From the NCBI GenBank assembly GCA_034530875.2, contig JAVRCJ020000010.1:128001-192000 (forward strand): a stretch of DNA of 64,000 nucleotides. Reading direction: 5' to 3'. Of the stretch, positions 8,766 to 19,057 are shown one piece after another (position 1 is the stretch's first letter; every line of letters starts with the position of its first letter). This DNA is from Nostoc sp. DedSLP01. GTDB lineage: Bacteria > Cyanobacteriota > Cyanobacteriia > Cyanobacteriales > Nostocaceae. The position numbers were made by a program, and so were the translations under genes. A model generated the notes under the pieces. That model made no database searches, had not been told where the DNA came from, and worked only from the letters and a program-made list of their open reading frames with translations.

Positions 8766-9392
8766 GTGAAGTTCACTAAAAAACTCTCAGTTATTTTTTG
8801 TAGTCTAACTACCGCCTTGTTTTATACTGCTACGCTCACCAATACTTATAACTCAACTGCACAAGCAGAAGGACAAGAGTTAATTATCAATGGAAGCTTT
8901 GAAAATGACGATCTTGTAAATCCCAATGAACCCGATACTCCAAATCCTAATATTACGGGATGGACTAAATCTGGCGATTTGTTAGCTGCATCAGGTGTTA
9001 GAATCAGCAACTTTGCTAATACTGGTAAGCAAGGTTTATCGCTTGGTGCATTCTCAGACATTAGCTACGTATCACAAACTATACCTACAGTTCGCGGTCA
9101 ACACTATCAACTTACATACTATTTAGCATCCATAGAAGAGGCACCCGAACTGAAGAATAAATTTCAGGTTTTTGTAGGTGGAAAGAAAGTTGACGTGAAA
9201 AATAATACTTCTTTCCAATCCTATACCCAATACAAGCTGAATTTTAAAGCAAAAGGAACTTCCACTGAAATCAAGTTTGGTTCCAAAGCCAAGTATGCAT
9301 TTTTATATTTGGATGATGTGAGTGTAAAAGCTACGCTTGAACGTCCAGGAGAAAAGTATGGAGATGAAGTCATAGATGATAAAGATGAATAA
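8766..9392 (+). CDS. Secreted galactose-binding-like / carbohydrate-binding (DUF642/CBM-like) domain protein without a PEP-CTERM tail
   Basis: Signal peptide ending AQA, then LIINGSFE...GWT...SQTIPTVRGQHYQLTY...YLDDVSV. GGAG RBS lies upstream of GTG 8766. Acidic C-terminal tail. Close paralog of 9654-10358. Confidence 0.7.
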   Translation: MKFTKKLSVIFCSLTTALFYTATLTNTYNSTAQAEGQELIINGSFENDDLVNPNEPDTPNPNITGWTKSGDLLAASGVRISNFANTGKQGLSLGAFSDISYVSQTIPTVRGQHYQLTYYLASIEEAPELKNKFQVFVGGKKVDVKNNTSFQSYTQYKLNFKAKGTSTEIKFGSKAKYAFLYLDDVSVKATLERPGEKYGDEVIDDKDE

Positions 9393-9653
9393 ACCATAAG
9401 TCTAAATCTCAGCAATGCCTGGCTCCACAGTGTCGAGAAAGAATGCCACTAAAATTTATCTGATTGAAATTCTTTATCATTGGTTGATTAAGAAAAATTG
9501 CTTTGGATGTCTGAATCATTCTCCACATCTATAGCTAAGTCATATATACCAGAATAAAGTGCCGAGTTTTATTGACACTGCTGAGAGCCAACATCAATGT
9601 AACTATCTACTTTTTTAACTGTTGCAATTTGGAATTATTCGGAGTCAAGTTTG

Positions 9654-10358
9654 ATGAAGTTAGATAAAAACCTCTCAATTATTGTTTTTAGTGCGATCGC
9701 TACGTTAGCTAGCACTGCTGTAATTACTGGTACTTATATTCCAGTAGCACAAGCACAATACAATCCCAACTATATTTTAGATCCGAGAGATATTGTTCTT
9801 AATGGAGGGTTTGAACTCGACCCACTGGTAGATCCGAATAATCCAAATACCACAAATCCTAATATCACAGGATGGACTAAATCTGGCGATCCGATAAATA
9901 CATCGGGGATTAGAATTAGCAATTTTCCTCAAAGTGGTAATCAGGGTCTATCGCTTGGTGGATTTGTAGACCTCAGCTACATATCGCAGACGCTTTCTAC
10001 ACAGCCCGGTCAGCAATACGAGCTTAGTTACTATCTAGCATCTATAGCTGAAGCTCCCGATCTTGATAATCAGTTTCAGGCTTTTTTAGGTGGAAATAAG
10101 ATTTTCGACCAAAATAATATTTCTTTTCAACCATACACGCCATATAAGTTCAATTTCACAGCAGATTCATCATCTACAGAGTTAAAGTTTGGCTCTGTAG
10201 ATAAATATGCTTTCTTATATTTAGATAATGTAAGTGTCAAACCTGTACCTGAGCCATCAATGATTGGAGGGATAGCAATTGCAGGAATAGTAGGAATTTG
10301 GTTGAAGAAAAAGCGATCGCTATCACCTGTTAACGAAGGCAGGAGGCCGTTTTTGTAA
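9654..10358 (+). CDS. CBM-like domain protein with a PEP-CTERM sorting signal
   Basis: Signal peptide ending AQA, then VLNGGFE...NPNITGWTKSGD...YLDNVSV. It ends VPEPSMIGGIAIAGIVGIWLKKKR. Confidence 0.8.
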   Translation: MKLDKNLSIIVFSAIATLASTAVITGTYIPVAQAQYNPNYILDPRDIVLNGGFELDPLVDPNNPNTTNPNITGWTKSGDPINTSGIRISNFPQSGNQGLSLGGFVDLSYISQTLSTQPGQQYELSYYLASIAEAPDLDNQFQAFLGGNKIFDQNNISFQPYTPYKFNFTADSSSTELKFGSVDKYAFLYLDNVSVKPVPEPSMIGGIAIAGIVGIWLKKKRSLSPVNEGRRPFL

Positions 10359-10430
10359 GAGGATTTATACTCCATTCCAAAAACTTTTCGCCTTAAAAAC
10401 GGAGGTTTTAGACCCGATTGTTTCGATAAA
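10330..10430. repeat. Dispersed repeat of about 100 bp, copy A (overlaps the 3' end of the PEP-CTERM gene)
   Basis: ttaacgaaggcag...ggaggccgtttttgtaa..gaggatttatac..c.ttccaaaaactt...ggttttaga.ccgattgtttcgataaa, shared with 15847-15959. Confidence 0.75.
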
Positions 10431-10590
10431 CTGTCTAATTAACTGCGACTGCAAAACTTGTACTCAAGAGGCGAACTAGCACATCACGAACTATATTAAT
10501 TCTGCACGCCGCCATTACCCAACTTACTCAACAAGTGCTGATTGCTAGTGCCAGCCAAATGGAACAACAAATAGATGTGAATACAGGATA

Positions 10591-10673
10591 GGGTTTAGCA
10601 GTGCTAAACCCCAAGGCGCACAGCTAGCTGTGCGCCCTTACAACGTGGTCTATTTACGTGAAAGTTGCTGTAA
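10591..10673. repeat. Tandem REP/SDR-like palindromes plus a MITE-like end
   Basis: gggtttagca-g-tgctaaaccc (10591-10611) and ggcgcacagctagctgtgcgcc (10615-10636), followed by gtggtctatttacgtgaaagttgctgtaa. Confidence 0.6.
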
Positions 10674-10853
10674 ACCTACTTTTTGCTTATGGAGTAGTAA
10701 AGTTATACCACCCACAATTAATATCGCAGGTATTGAATCTGATTCAGGAATTGGTGTAACTTGGCCTAAACCGCTTATTGTGTTGCTAAAACGGCCAAAA
10801 TCATTCTCTCGACGGCCAGTAGTAACTAAAAAGTATTTCGTACAGCAACTGAA
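10650..10853 (-). pseudogene. Start-less C-terminal remnant of a PEP-CTERM-like protein gene (not in the ORF track)
   Basis: Manual translation gives ...YFLVTTGRRENDFGRFSNTISGLGQVTPIPESDSIPAILIVGGITLLLHKQKVGLQQLSRK*, i.e. IPES, TM helix, basic residues. An in-frame TGA lies at 10854-10856 and there is no ATG. Confidence 0.6.
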
Positions 10854-11253
10854 TCAAATTCAAAGTTTAAAAAGCATCCCTAAAATTGGTGTACCTCACT
10901 TACCTCAAAAGCGCTGTAGTTTGTGTAATTAGCTTACTTAAAGTGTCTCTATATTTATAGAAAGAGGAGATATATAGCTAATTTTTTAGCAAACAACAGC
11001 AATCATAGTTAGTATTTAAGTTAGATTGATTTGTAGTAAATAACCCTCCAATAGTAGCTTTTTTAATTTAAAAGTCTTATTAAAAGTCTTATTTATCTAA
11101 GCTTATAGTTATTTCTACTGACAAAAATACTATACCAGCTATTTTGGTATAAATCAATTTATTTATGCCATAAATATGTAAAAATTTGATGAATCAAGCT
11201 GAAGCATCGGTAATCTGAGGTTTATATTTTTTGGATAAAATGTAGCTTGGAAT

Positions 11254-12885
11254 TCACTTTTTAAACAGCCAAAATCCTCCGGAAGATATTAGTAACAACG
11301 GCGTCAACCAATCACCCCAACGCACATATAAAGTCTTTGTTTGTCGGCGATAAATTGTTTCGGCATGAGTTTCGTAAGTGTTATATCCAGATATCCACAA
11401 AGTTCTGCCGTGAGGATCTACAAAAGCTGAATATCCTGTATTCGTTGCTCGTGCCGACCATCTATCGGTTTCAATTGCTCGCATGATATCGTGTGCGTGA
11501 TGCTGGAATGGCATCCACCAAGTGTAATGAGCATCGTTAGAAGAACTGAGAATAAATTCTCCACCTCCCGCAGCTTGATAGCGGAATTGTTCGGGAAAAG
11601 CAGATTCATAACATATACTAGCGATCGCTCTCCCAAAAGGAGTGTTAAATACTTGATGTGCTGCACCCGCAACTTGATGTGCATCCAAAGGCGATAACCG
11701 CTGAACTATTGCGCCTAAAATTTCTTCAAAGGGAATATATTCTCCCAAAGGTACTAATTTCGCTTTGTCGTAGCGGCTGACAATTTCGCCTCGATTGTTA
11801 AAAGTAAACAAGCTAATTGTATAACTGCGCCCTGTTTCCCCAAAAGCTCCAATCCAAGCAACTACACCTTTTTCCTTCACTGCTGCGACTAAAGCAGTTG
11901 CCATCAAGTGACGCTCGAAAACAGGTAATGCTCCCTCTGCGGTGAGAACTGCATCTACACCTTGATTTGCTAAATTTATATATCCCTTAGTGTAGTTTTC
12001 TTCGGCGCGACGAAACCCTTCGGAACTCCGCAAAAGTCGGTTAGGAATATTACCTTGAACAATCCCGATTTTCAACGCCGCTTCTGGTGCTTGAACGATG
12101 GGACGGCTGTATAATATAAAACCTATTAAATGTAAAGTAATTAATATTCCGGCGGCAGTAGCAAAGTATTTATTAATGTACCGCCCAGGCGCAGACGGAA
12201 CTTCCTTTGTATCTACTGCACTTGTGTATTTTATCCATCCTTCAGCAATCAAACCATTGACAGCAACTATTGCCGCTGTCACAGTATTAGGCCCGGAGAG
12301 TTGACCAAGGTGTACAATTACGAGATTATGCGGACTTTGCGTGTAAGCCAGAGAACTCCACCACAAAGGGCCAGCACTCCACAGACTCTCTAAACCACAC
12401 CATACGGCTGTACCAATTAGTATACGCAGCCAAGATTTGCGATCGCTCAGGCGAACCATAACAGCCGCCCAAATACTCACAAATATGCCGCCTAAGGTAC
12501 TGATAAATCCCCAACAAAAAAGCGTAATTGCCAAACTCGGTAACCACGGTACGCCCAACCAAGTCATGGGATGAATCCCTGTAATCCACGAGAGGGCGAT
12601 ACCGTGATAAGCGATGCCCCAAGCTAAGGCAATTAAAAATTGAGAATTAAAAATTAAAAATGAAAATTTTTCTCCTGAATTTTTAATTTTTAATTTTTCA
12701 TTTTTAATTATGAGAACCCAGAGGGGGGCTAGGGCAATCCAAGCGAGGAACCATGCGCCGACGGGGGCGACGGTCACCCCCATCAAAACACCGCTGGCTA
12801 AGGCAATCAACCAAGGAAGTAGGGAGGTTAATTTCTCCCCCTGCTTCCTTTGCTCCCCCTGCTTTTTACTCAGCTTCTTCTGCAT
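11254..12885 (-). CDS. lnt: Apolipoprotein N-acyltransferase
   Basis: Membrane N-terminus plus a nitrilase domain with [38 protein letters not shown] and RATNTGYS. It overlaps the gyrA stop. ATG at 12885, with GTG 12891 as an alternative. Confidence 0.95.
   Translation of the reverse strand: MQKKLSKKQGEQRKQGEKLTSLLPWLIALASGVLMGVTVAPVGAWFLAWIALAPLWVLIIKNEKLKIKNSGEKFSFLIFNSQFLIALAWGIAYHGIALSWITGIHPMTWLGVPWLPSLAITLFCWGFISTLGGIFVSIWAAVMVRLSDRKSWLRILIGTAVWCGLESLWSAGPLWWSSLAYTQSPHNLVIVHLGQLSGPNTVTAAIVAVNGLIAEGWIKYTSAVDTKEVPSAPGRYINKYFATAAGILITLHLIGFILYSRPIVQAPEAALKIGIVQGNIPNRLLRSSEGFRRAEENYTKGYINLANQGVDAVLTAEGALPVFERHLMATALVAAVKEKGVVAWIGAFGETGRSYTISLFTFNNRGEIVSRYDKAKLVPLGEYIPFEEILGAIVQRLSPLDAHQVAGAAHQVFNTPFGRAIASICYESAFPEQFRYQAAGGGEFILSSSNDAHYTWWMPFQHHAHDIMRAIETDRWSARATNTGYSAFVDPHGRTLWISGYNTYETHAETIYRRQTKTLYVRWGDWLTPLLLISSGGFWLFKK
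12631..12709. repeat. In-frame inverted 7-mer (AATTAAA-type) STRR array inside lnt
   Basis: aattaaa/aattgag/aattaaa/aattaaa/aatgaaa ... ttttaat/ttttaat/ttttcat/ttttaat, encoding [25 protein letters not shown]. Confidence 0.7.
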
Positions 12886-15454
12886 CGCCACTATCAGGTG
12901 GAACTACTGCCACTCCGGTAATGGCGTCGTCTTCATCTAAACGTTGCACTCTTACCCCAGTTGCCGATCGCGATTGTACGGAAATTGCATTCACAGCTTG
13001 CCGAATGATAATACCGCGATTGGTGACCATCATGATTTCGTCGTCATCGTTGTTCACAATGCGTAGAGTTGCTAACTGGTCTTTGGTTTTGCGGTTTTTG
13101 AATTTGGTCGCCATTAAACCTTGTCCGGCACGGTTTTGCAAGCGGAATTGACCGACTGGTACGCGCTTTCCATATCCTCCCATCGTAATTACCAATACCC
13201 AAGGGCCGACACTGCCGTTGCTTGGTACTTCTGCGGATTCTTCATTGATTTCGATTTCTTCGGTTTCAATTTCTTCAACTTCGGCTTCTGTACTAGTATC
13301 CAAAGTCTCAAGAATTGCCGCAGGCAGAATATCCATACCTACCAATTCATCTTTATTTTTCAACTTCATGGCTTTCACCCCACGAGTCGCCCTACCTAAA
13401 GGACGCAGTTGTTCGTGGTTACACCGGAAGTGAATCGCCATTCCATGACGAGAACCAATAATTACGCTGTCTTCGACTCTGGCGCGTCGTACCCAGCGGA
13501 GTTGGTCGCCTTCTTCTAAGGAAATAGCAATTAAGCCATTGGCGCGAATGCTGCTAAAGGCTGCCAATTCAGTTTTCTTGATATTACCGCCCTTGGTGAG
13601 CATCACCAAATATTCTTCGTTGCTGAATTCGTCAACGGGTACGATGGAGGTAATTTTCTCTTCCTTGGGAATGGGTAACATTTGGACGATGGGCGTACCG
13701 CGACTGGTACGGGAACCCACAGGAATTTGATAAGCTTTCAGGCAGTAAACTACGCCGCGTTCGCTAAAGAATAGAACGCTGTCGTGGTCGCAGCAAGTTA
13801 AGAAATGCTCAACGGTGTCATCATCTTTCACCTTGGCTGCGGCTTTACCTCTGGTAGCACGGCTTTGGGCTTCAAAGGTGTTAACGGGCATCCGTTTAAT
13901 GTAGCCTTGCTCTGTCAGTAAAATTACGGCTTTTTCGTTGGCAATTAAGTCGCGTTCGTCGATTTCGCCTTCCCCTGGTAGAATTACCGTGCGTCGGGGC
14001 GTGGCGAACTTAGTTTTCAGTTCGGTGACTTCGGTTTCAATGATTTCTAATACCCTCTGCCGCCGTGCCAAAATATCCTGCAAGTCGGCAATTTTGGCTT
14101 GTAAATCTTCGTGTTCCAGACGAATTTTGTCTGCTTCTAAGGCAGTCAACCGCCGTAATTGCATTTGCAAAATCGCATCTGCTTGCACTTCAGAAAGCCC
14201 GTAAGTTGCGATCAACTCGCCTTTGGCTGTGGGTGCATCCGGTGCATGGCGAATCAAATTAATAATTGCATCTAAGTGCGATAGGGCAATCAATAACCCT
14301 TGTAAAATGTGGTCGCGTTCCTCAGCTTTTCGCAGTTCGTAGCGGGTGCGTCTGGCAATGGATTCGATGCGGAAATCTAGGAAGACGCTTAAGAACTGTT
14401 TGAGGGTGAGTACTTGGGGTTCGCTATTCACCAACGCCAGCATGTTGGCGCCGAAGTTGGCTTGCAGCGGTGTTTGTTTGTAGAGGTTGTTCAAAACGAC
14501 GCGGGGATAAGCATCGCGCTTGAGTTCGATGACAATCCGCATTCCGTCGCGATCGCTTTCATCTCGGATATCTGCGATGCCCTCTAGCCGCTTTTCATTG
14601 ACCATTTCGGCGATTTTTTCAATTAGCGCCGCTTTGTTGGTTTGATAGGGCAATTCGGTGATGATGATTGCTTCTCGATCTGGGCGTCCCCGTTGTTCGA
14701 CGGTTTCAATGGTGGCGACGCCGCGCATGGTAATCGAACCGCGCCCGGTGGTGAAAGCTTCCCGAATGGCAGATGTCCCCAAAATTTGGGCCCCTGTGGG
14801 AAAGTCGGGGCCGTGGACATAGTGCATTAATTCAAGATCCGTAATTTCTGGATTGTGAATTAGTGCTACCAAGCCGTCAATTAATTCCCCCAAGTTGTGC
14901 GGTGGAATGTTGGTTGCCATGCCCACGGCAATCCCAGAAGAACCGTTAAGCAGTAATTGGGGAACTCGGGCTGGTAGGACTGTCGGTTCTTGCTGGGAAC
15001 CGTCGAAGTTATCAGCAAAGTCTACGGTTTCTGATTCAATATCGTGCAATAAGCCAGCAGAAGTTAAAGCCTGCAAGCGGCATTCTGTGTATCGCATCGC
15101 GGCTGGGGGATCGTTATCCACCGAACCGAAGTTACCATGCCCGTCAACTAAAGGCGATCGCATGGAAAAATCCTGCGCCATCCGCACCAAGGCATCATAC
15201 ACAGCCGTGTCGCCGTGGGGGTGATATTTACCCAATACTTCCCCCACCACACGGGCACATTTTTTAAACGGGCGATCGTGCAGCAAACCTAGCTCGTGCA
15301 TTGCGTAGAGAATGCGACGATGCACAGGTTTTAGACCATCCCTCGCATCTGGCAGCGCCCGACCCACTATCACGCTCATGGCGTATTCCAGATAAGACTG
15401 CGACATTTCGTTTCGCAAGTCTGTCGGGATAATCCTCTCCTGTGAGGTTGTCAT
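12866..15454 (-). CDS. gyrA: DNA gyrase subunit A
   Basis: [34 protein letters not shown], the catalytic AAMRYTE, a GyrA-box-like QSRATRG and beta-pinwheel repeats. Confidence 0.97.
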   Translation of the reverse strand: MTTSQERIIPTDLRNEMSQSYLEYAMSVIVGRALPDARDGLKPVHRRILYAMHELGLLHDRPFKKCARVVGEVLGKYHPHGDTAVYDALVRMAQDFSMRSPLVDGHGNFGSVDNDPPAAMRYTECRLQALTSAGLLHDIESETVDFADNFDGSQQEPTVLPARVPQLLLNGSSGIAVGMATNIPPHNLGELIDGLVALIHNPEITDLELMHYVHGPDFPTGAQILGTSAIREAFTTGRGSITMRGVATIETVEQRGRPDREAIIITELPYQTNKAALIEKIAEMVNEKRLEGIADIRDESDRDGMRIVIELKRDAYPRVVLNNLYKQTPLQANFGANMLALVNSEPQVLTLKQFLSVFLDFRIESIARRTRYELRKAEERDHILQGLLIALSHLDAIINLIRHAPDAPTAKGELIATYGLSEVQADAILQMQLRRLTALEADKIRLEHEDLQAKIADLQDILARRQRVLEIIETEVTELKTKFATPRRTVILPGEGEIDERDLIANEKAVILLTEQGYIKRMPVNTFEAQSRATRGKAAAKVKDDDTVEHFLTCCDHDSVLFFSERGVVYCLKAYQIPVGSRTSRGTPIVQMLPIPKEEKITSIVPVDEFSNEEYLVMLTKGGNIKKTELAAFSSIRANGLIAISLEEGDQLRWVRRARVEDSVIIGSRHGMAIHFRCNHEQLRPLGRATRGVKAMKLKNKDELVGMDILPAAILETLDTSTEAEVEEIETEEIEINEESAEVPSNGSVGPWVLVITMGGYGKRVPVGQFRLQNRAGQGLMATKFKNRKTKDQLATLRIVNNDDDEIMMVTNRGIIIRQAVNAISVQSRSATGVRVQRLDEDDAITGVAVVPPDSGDAEEAE

Positions 15455-15846
15455 AACCTAAAAATCTCCAAAAATCGTAGATTTTAGCTTTTTTACTCGA
15501 CACAGCACAAAATTATTCTAAATTGCTCTTGAATAATTGCCATAATCTGATATAATTCTAGCATGTATTGCCTTGTCCTGCCTGGATAACTAATTCAAGG
15601 ATCTAAGCAAAATTTAGTACAAAAATATACTTAGATAAAATACAATGCCTGAGCTACAAGGTATTCTAATTAAGAATTTAATTAAGTAAATTAGTTGCAT
15701 TAAGATTTAATTAGGTAAAATAACTTACCCAGATTAATTAGTTGAATTATTTACAGAAACTACTTAATATCTAATGTGGTGAATTAGACTTTCTTATTTA
15801 AAACATTCTCATTAATTACTCTCTTCATAGCAGAGCGTAGCCCATT

Positions 15847-15959
15847 TTAACGAAGGCAGCGGGCAGTTCTTGCTGGAGGCCGTTTTTGTAACGAGGATTT
15901 ATACCCCGTTCCAAAAACTTTGGACGAAGTAAGGTTTTAGAGCCGATTGTTTCGATAAA
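15847..15959. repeat. Dispersed repeat of about 110 bp, copy B
   Basis: Homologous to 10330-10430, in the same orientation, with an extra segment after gaaggcag. Confidence 0.75.
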
Positions 15960-16052
15960 TTGCGAATTACAAATTGATTTAAGCCCCGAGATAGTGTATA
16001 CCTTGGAACTAAAAAATTTAAGCTTGGCGTATGACTTCGGGGAAATAAATTT

Positions 16053-16256
16053 ATGAATAAGGAAACAGTTCCTAGTCAAGCTGAAAAGATGAATCCAGAA
16101 AGCGATCCATCACAATTAAGTCCAGAAGTACTTGACAAAATTAAACATCCTCCGAAAATGGACGATGTGATTCGCGAGCAATCACCGGACGAACGCAAAG
16201 CTAACCCAGCTTTAGTACCGGAAATGCTAGACCAACCAATTGAGGAATTGACTTAA
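16053..16256 (+). CDS. Small acidic, Pro-rich hypothetical protein (67 aa)
   Basis: ATG start and no overlap with a larger gene. Followed by a strong hairpin at 16321-16356. Confidence 0.5.
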   Translation: MNKETVPSQAEKMNPESDPSQLSPEVLDKIKHPPKMDDVIREQSPDERKANPALVPEMLDQPIEELT

Positions 16257-16320
16257 TTTGCCAAAAATAGCGATGCACATCAAAGTTTAACTTGCGATCG
16301 CCAAAGTTTTAAATTTGGGG

Positions 16321-16356
16321 CATCTTTTCCGTCCATAATCAAGGGCGGAAAAGATG
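16321..16356. terminator. Hairpin between convergent genes, the likely 3' boundary of the NRPS-PKS operon
   Basis: catcttttccgtcc-ataatcaa-gggcggaaaagatg, a 14-bp stem with one G-U pair. Confidence 0.65.
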
Positions 16357-16380
16357 TCGAACCCAACAAAAAAAATCGCA

Positions 16381-17265
16381 CTATTTTGCTAGTACAACTT
16401 CATCAAACGCAGTATTTACAGACACATCCTTCCAAGCATCTAGTTCCGTCTTCACCGATTCTAGTTTGGCGTTAATAGCATTCATTGCATCTTCTCCTAA
16501 CGCCAATCTGAGTGGTGGCTTATCGCTATTAACTGCTTTAATCATTGCCAAAGCTGCTTTTTTGGGATCGCCTGGTTCCTGAAATTCCAATTTTCCATCT
16601 AAGATAGCCTGGGCACCTTGACGCATCTCACCAATTACTGTTTCATAGTCCTGAATTTCATTATCAGATATAACAAGAGAACGCGTCACAAAATCTGTAC
16701 GAAATGCACCAGGTTCAACTATTGTGATTTTAATACCTAGAGGTGCAACTTCCTGAGCTAATGCTTCAGAAATTCCTTCAATGGCAAATTTGGAACCATT
16801 ATAAATTCCCGTACCAGCATAGCCCACAAAGCCACCCACTGATGAAATATTAATGATGTGTCCGCCGCGTTGCTTTCGCATATAAGGTAGTACTGTCCGT
16901 AGCACTTCCAAGACACCAAAAAAGTTTGTTTCAAACTGATGGCGAACTCCTTCATTGCTGACTTCTTCGATTGCTCCTAAAATGCCATATCCAGCATTAT
17001 TAACAAGTACATCAATGCGTCCAAATTTGGTAATTGCTTGTTTTACCGCTTCTTGCACTTCTTCAGGTTTTGTGACATCAAGTTGCACCGTTAATGTATG
17101 TTCTGGAAAGCGTTTTGCTAAATCTTCTATTAACTTTGGATTTCTAGCAGTTAGCACTACAATTTCACCCTGCTCAAGCACTGTTTCTGCTAATGCTCGG
17201 CCAAAGCCTTTTGAAGTACCAGTAATAAACCATACTCGCGTATCTGGAACTGAAGATTTTACCAT
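16381..17265 (-). CDS. Classical SDR oxidoreductase
   Basis: TGTSKGFG, NNAG, ISS and YNGSK (YxxxK intact). Confidence 0.9.
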   Translation of the reverse strand: MVKSSVPDTRVWFITGTSKGFGRALAETVLEQGEIVVLTARNPKLIEDLAKRFPEHTLTVQLDVTKPEEVQEAVKQAITKFGRIDVLVNNAGYGILGAIEEVSNEGVRHQFETNFFGVLEVLRTVLPYMRKQRGGHIINISSVGGFVGYAGTGIYNGSKFAIEGISEALAQEVAPLGIKITIVEPGAFRTDFVTRSLVISDNEIQDYETVIGEMRQGAQAILDGKLEFQEPGDPKKAALAMIKAVNSDKPPLRLALGEDAMNAINAKLESVKTELDAWKDVSVNTAFDEVVLAK

Positions 17266-17324
17266 CAAAATTTCCCCTTACTTTTTTGTTCTGACTTGTG
17301 AATTTTTCTTCAAACACACATCTA

Positions 17325-17549
17325 CTAGATGTTGTCAGATGTTTCCTGCATCTTTTTGCGAAGGCTAAGGGGTCTCATGTCAGTCCAGACTTCTTTGATG
17401 TAATCCAGACATTCTTGCTTCAAACCATTTTTACCAACATCTTTCCAACCAATAGGGTTTTCGCGGTCAGATGGCCAAATGGAATATTGTTCTTCGTGAT
17501 TAACTACAACTTTGTAGATTGTCGTGTCTTCTTTGTCGTCTTGATACAT
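17325..17549 (-). CDS. mbtH: MbtH-like NRPS accessory protein
   Basis: [13 protein letters not shown]...GWK...[17 protein letters not shown]. Confidence 0.96.
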   Translation of the reverse strand: MYQDDKEDTTIYKVVVNHEEQYSIWPSDRENPIGWKDVGKNGLKQECLDYIKEVWTDMRPLSLRKKMQETSDNI

Positions 17550-17661
17550 AATTGACCTGTTGATTTGAATTAATTAAACTTTTAATTTTGGACAAACTTT
17601 AGTTGATTAAACTGAATAAATACTCAACAAAATATCATTTTTTAATAATTCTTGAATATAT

Positions 17662-19032
17662 CTATTTAGTAACTTCAATTGTTAGAGAATTTAAAGATTG
17701 AAACTCTAAAACTGTTAATATGAATACAATTAACATAAACACAACATCTGCAAACAGCATACCATAATATATGCCTCGGACTGCTGCAAGTTTTGAAAAA
17801 AATAGTACCATCGGTACAGTTAAAATTATACTCCTTAATAAGATTACTATTAACACAGTTTTACCTTTGCCTATAGATAAAAAAAGAGTATTACTGAAGT
17901 ATGCTAAAGGCCATATTGGTATTAAAATAATAAGAATTATAAAATTAATGACATCATTTTCTGTAAAAATAACATCTGGGAGAATTATACTCAAAAATGT
18001 TTTTGGAAAAATTAGTAAAGGTAACCAAATAAATATTGATAAAATGGTTCCAATGATTGCAAAAGTTAAGTATGCTTTTTTGAGTCTTGCATAATTTTGT
18101 GCGCCATAGTTCATGCCAATTATAGGTTGTAATGCTTGGGCAAACCCAATGATAGGAATAAATACAAATGAAGATACTTTTACAGTTGCACCAAAGAAAG
18201 CAATATCAGTACTTTTTCCGTAGTTAGAAATTAAATTAAAAACGACGAAATCTTGTAGCAATATAGTCAATGGATAAAATAATTCTGATATTCCAACAGA
18301 TAAGATTCTACCAATTATGTGCGTGGCGATCGCTGGTTTTTTTAGATTAACTGAAATAGTACTCTTACCCAAAATAAAATAAGTTAAATTTGCAAAGCTA
18401 TAAACAATCATTGCTATAACTGTGGCTATAGCAATACCTTGAGTTCCCCAATGAAATAGATTCGTAAATATATAATTGAGTAAAATATTAACAATAACAA
18501 ACAGCCAGTCAAATACTGTAGTTAATTTAATTTTTCCTTCTGATTTGATGACACGACTGCAAGCTTCCGCGAGGATTAAAAATATTGAACCTAGTACATA
18601 AGTACGAAAATATGTTGTGCCTTCTAAAGCAACTTCACCACTTCCTCCCATCAATACAATTAATTCTTCAGCAAAGCTGTAACCAATAATTGTGATGAGA
18701 AATGAAACTATAACACTCATCACTATTAAATTACTAAATATTTTCGACTGAGTTTTAATATCCCCAGAACCAATCGCACGACTGAGAACAGAAGCAGAAC
18801 CCACCCCAATAGATAAAGCAAATCCATTTATTATGCCTGTAAGTGGCAGTGCAATTGAGATACCAGCCAAAGCATTTTCACCAATGAACCTCCCTGCAAA
18901 TAAAGCATCAATAAAAGTGTTTAAACTTAGCATCAATACTCCCAGAGTACTTGGTATTGATAACTTGAACATCAATTTAATCAGATTACCTTCAAGGATT
19001 TCATTTGTGATTTGAGATTGTTGTGAAGTCAT
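17662..19032 (-). CDS. MATE family efflux transporter
   Basis: 456 aa with about 12 TM segments. Motifs NTFIDALFAGRFIG, NILLNYIF...WGTQGIAIAT and QPIIGMNYGA. Confidence 0.9.
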   Translation of the reverse strand: MTSQQSQITNEILEGNLIKLMFKLSIPSTLGVLMLSLNTFIDALFAGRFIGENALAGISIALPLTGIINGFALSIGVGSASVLSRAIGSGDIKTQSKIFSNLIVMSVIVSFLITIIGYSFAEELIVLMGGSGEVALEGTTYFRTYVLGSIFLILAEACSRVIKSEGKIKLTTVFDWLFVIVNILLNYIFTNLFHWGTQGIAIATVIAMIVYSFANLTYFILGKSTISVNLKKPAIATHIIGRILSVGISELFYPLTILLQDFVVFNLISNYGKSTDIAFFGATVKVSSFVFIPIIGFAQALQPIIGMNYGAQNYARLKKAYLTFAIIGTILSIFIWLPLLIFPKTFLSIILPDVIFTENDVINFIILIILIPIWPLAYFSNTLFLSIGKGKTVLIVILLRSIILTVPMVLFFSKLAAVRGIYYGMLFADVVFMLIVFILTVLEFQSLNSLTIEVTK

Positions 19033-19057
19033 TTTTTAGTTTTCAGTTCGTTACTAT

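Noticed and set aside
10630..10932. 100-aa plus-strand ORF
   Set aside because: It starts inside a palindromic repeat and is largely antisense to the PEP-CTERM remnant.
11068..11091. Tandem 12-mer ttaaaagtctta x2
   Set aside because: Only two copies in very AT-rich DNA, probably a slippage duplication.
15825..16079. 84-aa minus-strand ORF
   Set aside because: It runs through the dispersed repeat and overlaps the more plausible 16053 ORF.
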